Source: Phenylobacterium sp. (GTDB lineage Bacteria; Pseudomonadota; Alphaproteobacteria; Caulobacterales; Caulobacteraceae). Taken from it: a stretch of 64,000 nt of DNA. The notes under the pieces were generated by a model. That model saw only the letters and a program-made list of their open reading frames with translations. It did no database searches and was not told the DNA's origin. A program made the translations under genes and the position numbers. The DNA lies in assembly GCF_020401865.1 (NCBI RefSeq), contig NZ_JADCAS010000003.1, one strand, 5' to 3'. Within the stretch, counting starts at the first letter, position 1, and every line of letters starts with the position of its first letter. Shown in pieces: positions 56,928-64,000 of the stretch.

Positions 56928-57860
56928 TCATCCGACTGCGCCGGCCGCCCGACAGAGACGGTCATTGATGGCCTCCCCAAGGCCCTCATGCGGGATGGGG
57001 GCCACGGCGATGCCAGCCGGGCGCCGGGCGTCGGCCTCGCGCAAGAAGGCGAAGAGGTTGGCGGCCGCCTCGACGAGGTCGCCCGAGGGGCTGAGGTTCA
57101 GGGTATCCGGGCTTGGGCTTGCGGGACCGAAGACGAGGTGAATCTCACCCGCGCGACGCTCCCTTGCCTCCAGCCGGACCGGCGCTTCGGGGGCGTAGTG
57201 GCGGGTCAACCGCCCGGGTGAGCGGCGGGCGTCCGCCTGCGCCTCGGCCAGGGGTCCGACCAGAGCCTCGATCTGGTCCCGGGTGATTCGCCCGGGGCGA
57301 AGTAGCCGCGGGGTGTCCAGGAGGGCGATGACGGTGGACTCCAGTCCGACCTCGCAGGGGCCGCCGTCGACAGCGACAGCGGCGGCCTCTCCGGTCTCCT
57401 CCAGAGCGGCCGCGAAGGTAGTGGGACTGGGCCGGCCGGACCGGTTGGCCGAGGGCGCGGCGACGGGGCCGCCGAAGGCCTCAAGCACCGCCCGGGCCAG
57501 GGGATGGGCGGGGACCCGGACCGCTACCGTATCGAGGCCCGCCCGGGCGAGATCGCAAACCACGCCGCCAGGCTGGACCGGCAGGACAAGGGTCAGGGGG
57601 CCGGGCCAGAAGGCCGCGGCGAGGATCTCCGCGTCCGGACTGAATACCGCAATCCGGCGAGCAGCCTCGACGTCTGCAACATGGGCGATCAACGGGTTGA
57701 AGGTCGGGCGTCCCTTGGCCGCGTAGACGGCGGCCACAGCGCGCGAGTTCCCAGCATCAGCCGCAAGGCCGTAGACCGTCTCGGTCGGAAGTATCACCAG
57801 CCGGCCACTGCGTAGGGCCGAGGCTGCTGCAGCCGGCGATCCGTCTCGCGACTCGCTCAC
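56928..57860 (-). CDS. sua5: L-threonylcarbamoyladenylate synthase (Sua5 type)
   Basis: GTG start overlaps the upstream stop. PTETVYGLAA, KGRPTFNPLI.H, FWPGPLT, AAPSANRSG, GLESTV and HYAP. Confidence 0.92.
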   Translation of the reverse strand: MSESRDGSPAAAASALRSGRLVILPTETVYGLAADAGNSRAVAAVYAAKGRPTFNPLIAHVADVEAARRIAVFSPDAEILAAAFWPGPLTLVLPVQPGGVVCDLARAGLDTVAVRVPAHPLARAVLEAFGGPVAAPSANRSGRPSPTTFAAALEETGEAAAVAVDGGPCEVGLESTVIALLDTPRLLRPGRITRDQIEALVGPLAEAQADARRSPGRLTRHYAPEAPVRLEARERRAGEIHLVFGPASPSPDTLNLSPSGDLVEAAANLFAFLREADARRPAGIAVAPIPHEGLGEAINDRLCRAAGAVG

Positions 57861-58873
57861 GTCCCCCTCCCCGCCGTCAGGGCCAGCAGGGCGAAGCTGG
57901 CCAGCCAGTGCTCGCCCATGTAGTCGCCAGCCACGTGTGGCAGGCTGGCGGCGAGGTGGCGGTCCGCCGCAGTGCGGGCGGCCTCGGCGGCTGGATCTCC
58001 GGAGCCCAGGGCCTCGGCGATGTTTCGCCAGCACCAGGCCCGGGACAGATTCAGCCCATCGAGGTGGGCGATCTTGCCGTCGCTGCGGTCGCTCACGCTG
58101 GCGGGGGTGAAGAGGCTCGCGGGATCGCCCTCGGCCGCCCGGGGCAGGAAACCGGCGAACCAGGCCCGGAAGTCCACCTGGGGCAGCACCCGGCGCAGGC
58201 ACTCGGCTTCCATCAGGGCGGGCGACAGGAAGTCTTCGCCCGAGGGTTCCCAGGCCTGGCAGTCCAGGTCCCGGGCGTACCAGGACAGGGCCTTGGCCCG
58301 GAGGATCTCCTCCAGGTCCCGGTCCCCGGCGGCGCGAGCGTAGTCGAGGGCCAGGGCCAGGGCGAAGGCGGTGGAGGAATGGACCCCGGTACGCACGGGA
58401 TAGGTCGCCAAGGGAAGGTAATTGCGGAAACGGTCTGCGAAGTCGGCCGCAAGAGGGGCGAGGCACGCCGCCCAGGGCCCGCCGAGGACGATGAGCTCGG
58501 CCTGCAGCTTCAGGAGCCAGGCCCAGCCATAGGGCCGTTCGAAACCCCGCGCGTTAGGACGCCTCAGGAAGGCCCGCTCGCCCTCCACGGACGCTTCCGT
58601 AAAGGCCGCCGCGAAACGCGCGTCGATCTCGGCGGCGATGTCATGGTCGGGAAACCGCCGCCGCACAGCGGCCAGAAGCCAGTAGCCATGGACGCAGGAA
58701 TGCCAGTCGAAGCTGCCGAAGAAGATGGGGTGCAGGCGCCGCGGACAGGCAAGGTCTTCTTCGCCCGCCAGCACCTGGTCCAGCTTGTAGGGCCAGGGCC
58801 GGGTGACATGCCCCAGGGCGATCCGGGCGAAGCCTGCGGCGATCTCAGGGGTGAGCCGGGAAGGCGAGGACAT
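57857..58873 (-). CDS. DUF2891 family protein
   Basis: HPIFFGSFDWHSCVHGYW, FERPYGWAWLL, THSSTAF-like VHSSTAF, DGKIAHLDGLNLSRAW and YMGEHWLASFA. Confidence 0.85.
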   Translation of the reverse strand: MSSPSRLTPEIAAGFARIALGHVTRPWPYKLDQVLAGEEDLACPRRLHPIFFGSFDWHSCVHGYWLLAAVRRRFPDHDIAAEIDARFAAAFTEASVEGERAFLRRPNARGFERPYGWAWLLKLQAELIVLGGPWAACLAPLAADFADRFRNYLPLATYPVRTGVHSSTAFALALALDYARAAGDRDLEEILRAKALSWYARDLDCQAWEPSGEDFLSPALMEAECLRRVLPQVDFRAWFAGFLPRAAEGDPASLFTPASVSDRSDGKIAHLDGLNLSRAWCWRNIAEALGSGDPAAEAARTAADRHLAASLPHVAGDYMGEHWLASFALLALTAGRGT

Positions 58874-59804
58874 GCATCAGCACCGTGTTGACAAGCAGCA
58901 GGATGAACGCCGTCGGCGCCTGCGCCCGAATGACGGCGTAACGGTCGTCCAGGTCAAGCAGGGCGGCGGGCGCCAGGTTGAAGTTCGCGGCCAGTGGAGT
59001 CAGCAGGGTGCCGCAGAAGCCCGACAGCATGCCGATGGCGCAGATGGCCGCCGGATCCCCCCCATAGACCTTGACCAGGATGGGCAGGGCCACCCCGGCG
59101 GTCATAACCGGAAAGGCGGCGAACGCGTTGCCCATCAGGACGGTGAAGCCCGCCATGCCCAGGCAGTAGACCGCCACTGCGGCCAGGCGGGTGTCCATGG
59201 AGAAGACCCGGGTGACGGTCTCACCCACCACGGCGCCCACCCCGGCCAGGGCGAAGACGGCGCCCAGGGCCGCGAGCGTCTGCGGCAAGAGGGCCATCCA
59301 GCCCACGGTGTCCGCCAGGCGCAGGCCCTCGGTCAGGGGGGATAGGACCGGCTGGCGGAACAGGCGGACCGTCAGGGCGGCGACGACCAGGGCGGCCAGG
59401 CTGAGGGAGACAAGGGTCGCCTGCTTGGGGTCCACCAGGGCGGCGGCGACCGGCCCGCCGTGGCGCACGCCCAGACTGCCGGCCAGCACAATGACCGGGA
59501 CCAGGAGGGCTGGGAGGAAGAGGCGAAGCCCATGAGCGCGGGCCGAGGCGGCGCGTGCGCCGGCGTCTTCGGCGCCTGTCCCGCTACGCCCAAGGCCGAG
59601 GGCCGCCGTGACGGCCATGGCCAGGACGAGGAGGCCATTGCCCAGGTCGCCGAGATGGTCGCCGGCCAGGAAGGACAGGGCGAACAGCCCCCAGAACAGG
59701 GCGTTGCGCCACCGGCGAGGGTTCGCCGGGTCGCGAAGGCTCATCACCGCGAAGCCGGCGAAGACGAGGCCCGCGAGGACGTAGACCTGGGTCAGTCCGA
59801 TCAT
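58845..59804 (-). CDS. DUF979 membrane protein (putative 5-oxoproline transporter subunit)
   Basis: ALFWGL, LLPQTLAALGAVF, FTVLMGNAFAAF, GMLSGFCGTLLTP.AANFN and VIRAQ. Confidence 0.85.
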   Translation of the reverse strand: MIGLTQVYVLAGLVFAGFAVMSLRDPANPRRWRNALFWGLFALSFLAGDHLGDLGNGLLVLAMAVTAALGLGRSGTGAEDAGARAASARAHGLRLFLPALLVPVIVLAGSLGVRHGGPVAAALVDPKQATLVSLSLAALVVAALTVRLFRQPVLSPLTEGLRLADTVGWMALLPQTLAALGAVFALAGVGAVVGETVTRVFSMDTRLAAVAVYCLGMAGFTVLMGNAFAAFPVMTAGVALPILVKVYGGDPAAICAIGMLSGFCGTLLTPLAANFNLAPAALLDLDDRYAVIRAQAPTAFILLLVNTVLMHVLAFPAHP

Positions 59805-60475
59805 GGCCGCGGCCTCCGGCGGCCAAAGACCAGGATCCGGCATCCATGGACAATGAAGGCGGCGATGGCGGTGGGAATGGCCCAGACCGACAGATGCAGG
59901 GGCTCCACCGTGATCCCGTTCTGCTCCAGGAAGCCGACCATCAGGAGGATGGAGCCGATGGCCAGGAAGATATCCTCGCCGAAGAAGAGGCCGATATTGT
60001 CGGTGCCGGCGGCGAAGGCCCGCACCTTCTGGGCCTCACTTGAGTCCATGGCCTCGACACCCGTCTCCGAGGCCCGGGCGGCTTCGGCCATGGGGGCGAT
60101 GATCGGGCGGATGGTCTGGGTCTGGCCGGCGATGGAGGTCAGGCCAAGTGCTGCGGTGGCCTGGCGGAAAAAGAGGTAGGCCAGCATCAGCCGGGCGAAG
60201 GTAACGCCCCGGAGGCGGCCGATCAGGCTCCGGGCGGCCTCCTGCAGGCCGGACCGCTCCAGCACGCCGATCACCGGCAGGATCAGCCAGGCGGCGCTGA
60301 CATATCGGTTCTCGTTGAAGGCCTTGCCGAAAGCCGCCAGCACCTCCACCGGAGACAGCCCCGCCGCCAGGCCGGTGGCGAGGGCCGAGGCCAGGACGAC
60401 CAGAAGCGGGTTCAGCCCGACAGCGAAGCCCGCCACCACGAGAAGCACGCCCAGAAGCACCAGCATGGATCCCAT
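59801..60475 (-). CDS. DUF969 membrane protein (putative 5-oxoproline transporter subunit)
   Basis: NPLLVV, LAAFGKAF..NRY, LPVIGVLERSGL, IRPIIAPMAEAA and DNIGLFFGEDIF. Confidence 0.85.
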   Translation of the reverse strand: MGSMLVLLGVLLVVAGFAVGLNPLLVVLASALATGLAAGLSPVEVLAAFGKAFNENRYVSAAWLILPVIGVLERSGLQEAARSLIGRLRGVTFARLMLAYLFFRQATAALGLTSIAGQTQTIRPIIAPMAEAARASETGVEAMDSSEAQKVRAFAAGTDNIGLFFGEDIFLAIGSILLMVGFLEQNGITVEPLHLSVWAIPTAIAAFIVHGCRILVFGRRRPRP

Positions 60476-60589
60476 CCCCTTACCTCGCGCACACTCTAGA
60501 CCCGAGTCGCCCACCGGGTCGCGGGGCTGCGCCTTGCGCCCTGCTGCGCCGCGTCTATTGAGGGAGGGCGACGTTCACGGGAGGCAGGC

Positions 60590-61285
60590 ATGGCCACGGC
60601 GGTTCTTCAGGCGCGGATGAGCTCCAGCCGCCTGCCGGGCAAGGTCCTCAGGCCCCTGCTGGGGCAGCCGATGATCCTGCGGCAGATCGAGCGCCTGCGC
60701 CGCTGCCGCCGGCTCGACCGGATCGTCGTGGCCACCGGCGATCACCCGTCCGACGACATCCTCGTGGAGACCCTCGCCGGGACGGGGCTGGAGGTCGTGC
60801 GGGGTCCGCCGGAGGACGTACTCGGCCGGTTCCTTAAGGTCATCGAGACCCTGGGCCTGACCGGGGACATGGTCAGGCTTACCGCCGACTGCCCGCTGGC
60901 CGACCCGGACGTCATCGACGCCTGCATCGATCTCAGGCGCGAAGGCGGTTTCGACTACGCCAGCAATGGCCAGGTCCGCACCTGGCCCCGCGGCCTCGAC
61001 GTGGAGGCCTTCACCGTGGAGGCCCTTCAGCGGGCGGGCGCCGAGGCTGTCTCCGACTATGACCGGGAACACGTGACGCCCTGGCTCTACAGGCCGGGAT
61101 CACCCTTCCGGAGGGGCGACCTCGTCCAGGCCCGGGATGACAGCGCCCTGCGCTGGACGGTGGACCTGCCGGAGGACTTCGCCTTCGTGGAGAGGGTCTA
61201 CGCAGCCCTCTACCCGAAGACCCCGGCCTTCACCTCCGCAGACATCCTCGCCCTTCCCTTCACCCGCCGGGAAGCCGACGTCTGA
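60590..61285 (+). CDS. flmC: SpsF/FlmC-type cytidylyltransferase (CMP-pseudaminic acid synthetase-like)
   Basis: VLQARMSSSRLPGKVL, RGPPEDVLGRF, RLTADCPLADP, PRGLDVE, REHVT and RWTVD.PED; adjacent to pseI. Confidence 0.65.
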   Translation: MATAVLQARMSSSRLPGKVLRPLLGQPMILRQIERLRRCRRLDRIVVATGDHPSDDILVETLAGTGLEVVRGPPEDVLGRFLKVIETLGLTGDMVRLTADCPLADPDVIDACIDLRREGGFDYASNGQVRTWPRGLDVEAFTVEALQRAGAEAVSDYDREHVTPWLYRPGSPFRRGDLVQARDDSALRWTVDLPEDFAFVERVYAALYPKTPAFTSADILALPFTRREADV

Positions 61286-61291
61286 CGCGTG

Positions 61292-62359
61292 TCAGCCGGG
61301 CTCGCCGCCCTCGACCATCGACCAGTCCAGGGGCTCGCCGAAGGGGATGTCCCGGGTCGCCCGGCGACCGATCACGGCCTCAAGGTGCTTCGGGGGCAGG
61401 CCATGCCCCGGCCGGACCGAGCGCACGTTGTCCGCCGTGAAGGCTTCGCCCTTCCGGACCGGCGCGCTGACATAGAGTGAGCGCCGCATGCCGGCGTTGC
61501 CGGCCTCGGCGTCACCCGGACCATAGGCGACCCCGCCCAGGGCCTCCCAGGCGCCCCGGCAGCTGCGGACCAGCTCTGCGAGTTCGTCCGGCTCCAGGGA
61601 GAAGGCCGAGTCGACACCGCCCTCATCCCGGCTGAGGGTGAAGTGCTTCTCGATGAAGACCGCCCCCAGGGCCACGGCGGCGACGGAGGCAGCCGTGCCC
61701 AGGGTATGATCGGACAGGCCGGTCATGACCCCGAAGCGCTCGGCCATTTCTGGCAGGGTGGCCAGGTTCATGCTCGACATGGGCGCCGGATAGGCGCTCG
61801 TGCAGTGCAGGACGATGAGGTCCCGCGCCCCGGCGCCGCGGGCGGCGGCGACGGCCTCGGCGATTTCGGCCTCGGAGGCCATGCCGGTGGACATCACGAG
61901 GGGACGACCCGTCGCCGCGCACCGTCTGACCAGGGGCAGGTCCACCAACTCGAAGGAGGCGATCTTGTAGGCGGGGGCATCGAGGCTCTCGAGGAGGTCG
62001 ACGGCGGTGAAGTCGAAGGGCGATGAGAACAGGGTCACGCCCTTGGAACGCGCGTGGGCGAACATCGCGGCGTGCCAGTCCCAGGGCGTGTGGGCCTCAG
62101 CGTAGAGCTCATGCAGGCGCCGGCCATCCCACAGTCCACCCTCGATGCGGAAGCCAGGGCCGTCATGGTCAAGAGTGATAGTGTCGGCGGTGTAGGTCTG
62201 GATCTTCACCGCATCCGCACCGGCGTCCGCCGCCGCCGAGATCAGGTCGAGGGCCCGGCGCAGATCTCCGTTGTGGTTCCCGGACATTTCGGCGACCACA
62301 TAGGGCGGGTGACCGGGGCCGATGGGCCGGCCGGCGATGTGGGCCAGGGTCTGGCTCAT
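61292..62359 (-). CDS. pseI: Pseudaminic acid synthase (NeuB family)
   Basis: VAEMSGNHNG, VKIQTYTADTIT, EAHTPWDWH, YKIASFE, HCTSAYP, GLSDHT, IEKHFTL and C-terminal SAF domain. Confidence 0.9.
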   Translation of the reverse strand: MSQTLAHIAGRPIGPGHPPYVVAEMSGNHNGDLRRALDLISAAADAGADAVKIQTYTADTITLDHDGPGFRIEGGLWDGRRLHELYAEAHTPWDWHAAMFAHARSKGVTLFSSPFDFTAVDLLESLDAPAYKIASFELVDLPLVRRCAATGRPLVMSTGMASEAEIAEAVAAARGAGARDLIVLHCTSAYPAPMSSMNLATLPEMAERFGVMTGLSDHTLGTAASVAAVALGAVFIEKHFTLSRDEGGVDSAFSLEPDELAELVRSCRGAWEALGGVAYGPGDAEAGNAGMRRSLYVSAPVRKGEAFTADNVRSVRPGHGLPPKHLEAVIGRRATRDIPFGEPLDWSMVEGGEPG

Positions 62360-62430
62360 GGGATCACCCCATCTCCTGTGTGCGATTCGCCCAGGGAATA
62401 TGGGGCCGCAGACGGGCCGGGGCCAGCGAG

Positions 62431-63312
62431 TCAGGCGTCCGGCGTCTTCGATGGGGCGCCCTCGAAGCGGAAGGCGGCCCCGTCCCGGCGCACGTGGCCC
62501 GCAGTCGGCGCGGCGAAGTGGGTCCCGATCACCAGGATGGGTTGGTCGGCGGCCCCGTCGAAGACTTGCCGCCGCATCACTGCGGAGGCCTGCGGGTCGC
62601 TGTCGAAGGGCGGCGACCATTCCGGGTGCGCCATCTGGCAGGGGTGGTGGACCATGTCGCCGGTGATCAGGGCGGTCTCGCCGCCGGACTCGATCCGGAC
62701 GCTGACATGGCCCGGCGTATGGCCGGGGGTGGGGACCAGCCGGACTTCGGGCGAGATCACGTGGTCCATCTCGACGAAGTCCACCAGGCCGGCCTCGAAG
62801 ACCGGGCGGATGGAGTCCGACAGGATCGCCTGCTGCTCGTCATCTCCCTCGGCGCTCCAGTGGTCGTATTCCCGCCGGCCGATCAGGTATCGGGCCTTCG
62901 GGAAGGTCGGAACCCAGCGGTCGCCCTCCTTCATGGTGTTCCAGCCCACATGGTCCACGTGCAGGTGGGTGCAGACGACAGCGTCGACGCTGTCGCGGGT
63001 CCAGCCGGTCGCCTCGAAGGAGTTCAGGAAGTCCGTGGACAGGGCCTGTCCGCCGACAAGGCTCCGCGGACGGTCGTTACCGATGCAGGTGTCCACCACC
63101 AGCCGCAGGCCGGGCGCCTCGACGAGCAGGGCGTGGATGGAGAGACGCAGGTGTCCCTCCGGCGTCACATAGTGCGGAAAGAGCCAGGGGATTTCGCGCA
63201 AAGCCGCCGGCGTCGCCTCGGCAAGGAAGGCCCGCTGGGGATTGTGGACGACCGGCATTTCCATCTCGACCACGCGGGTGACCGTCACCTCGCCGATCCG
63301 CCAGCTGAGCAT
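62431..63312 (-). CDS. MBL-fold metallo-hydrolase (AHL-lactonase/methyl-parathion-hydrolase-like)
   Basis: VVDTCIG, THLHVDHVGWN, TPGHTPGH, TGDMVH and GTHF. Confidence 0.85.
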   Translation of the reverse strand: MLSWRIGEVTVTRVVEMEMPVVHNPQRAFLAEATPAALREIPWLFPHYVTPEGHLRLSIHALLVEAPGLRLVVDTCIGNDRPRSLVGGQALSTDFLNSFEATGWTRDSVDAVVCTHLHVDHVGWNTMKEGDRWVPTFPKARYLIGRREYDHWSAEGDDEQQAILSDSIRPVFEAGLVDFVEMDHVISPEVRLVPTPGHTPGHVSVRIESGGETALITGDMVHHPCQMAHPEWSPPFDSDPQASAVMRRQVFDGAADQPILVIGTHFAAPTAGHVRRDGAAFRFEGAPSKTPDA

Positions 63313-63339
63313 GTCCGCCCTCCCCGTCTTCGGCCCCGA

Positions 63340-64000
63340 CTAGCGGAGGCCGGCGTTGATCCGGTCCAGGGCCGCCTGGCCCGGGACGAGTTCGGCGTCC
63401 GACAGGCTGTTCAGCGGCCGATCCGAGGTGCCGAGAGCGCCGTGCAGGTCGCCGGGCTCGGGATCGACGTAGAGCAGGCCGGTGACGATCTCGCCCGCGG
63501 CCTGCCGCTCGGCCAGGTAGGCCATGGCGGCGATCCTGTCGGTGGGATCGTAGTGGTCGGCCAGCTTGTGCAGGGACAGGACCGAACCGTCGTGCTGGGT
63601 TACGGAAACGGTCGTGCCGGGCTCGTAGTCGACCTCGATAGGCTTACGGTCGGCAATCACATCCAGCCGGTTCACCGCCTCGTTGTGCTCGCGCACATAG
63701 TCGTAGCTCTTGGTCGAACCGGCGTGGTTGTTGAACTGAACACAGGGGCTCAAAGTGTCGATGAAAGCCGGGCCGGGATGGCGCAGGGCGGCCTTGATCA
63801 GGGGCACCAGCTGGGCCTTGTCGCCGGAGAAGGAGCGCGCCACGAAGCTGGCGCCCAGCTGCAGGGCCAGACTGACCATGTCGATGGCCGCATCGTGGTT
63901 GACTACGCCGCGCTTGGACTTCGAGCCGCGATCCGAGGTGGCCGAGAACTGGCCCTTGGTCAGGCCATACACGCCGTTGTTCTCGACGATGTAGGTCATG
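63340..64000 (-). CDS. 2-oxoacid:ferredoxin oxidoreductase beta subunit (5' part outside the window)
   Basis: YIVENNGVYGLTKGQFSATSD, FVARSFSGDK and DTLSPCVQFN. Confidence 0.9.
   Translation of the reverse strand, partial: MTYIVENNGVYGLTKGQFSATSDRGSKSKRGVVNHDAAIDMVSLALQLGASFVARSFSGDKAQLVPLIKAALRHPGPAFIDTLSPCVQFNNHAGSTKSYDYVREHNEAVNRLDVIADRKPIEVDYEPGTTVSVTQHDGSVLSLHKLADHYDPTDRIAAMAYLAERQAAGEIVTGLLYVDPEPGDLHGALGTSDRPLNSLSDAELVPGQAALDRINAGLR

Overview
GC-rich alphaproteobacterial chromosomal segment from the Caulobacteraceae (Phenylobacterium/Caulobacter-like), judged from tacA, gapR, podJ, a Cle-like regulator and pseI/flmC. Most of it is core genome: thiC with a TPP riboswitch, rpmJ, a chorismate mutase-hisC-tyrC operon, a DinG helicase, lhr-pdeM, dcd, metZ, sua5, yaaA, a 3-hydroxybutyrate dehydrogenase and part of a 2-oxoacid:ferredoxin oxidoreductase beta subunit. 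The accessory or unusual parts are: (i) a coupled pair of a 91-aa unknown protein and a PhyH-type Fe/2OG dioxygenase, followed by a lower-GC AraC/amidohydrolase/MBL-fold/membrane-protein island; (ii) four tandem paralogous catalytic acyl-CoA dehydrogenase subunits followed by one non-catalytic partner, which suggests interchangeable alpha2beta2 enzymes; (iii) a two-component system plus outer-membrane receptor island downstream of tRNA-Gly(CCC). Its far edge abuts a 55-codon stub (not in the ORF track) of a TonB-dependent receptor that still carries a triple Pho box; (iv) several clear cis-regulatory arrays (17-bp-periodic PadR-type operator, 11-bp-periodic OmpR-type repeats, EcfG/SigT-type promoters, a CtrA site at podJ). 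No CRISPR array, integrase or transposase was seen. All product calls come from motif and family recognition by eye, with no database search. Many start codons were corrected relative to the ORF track.
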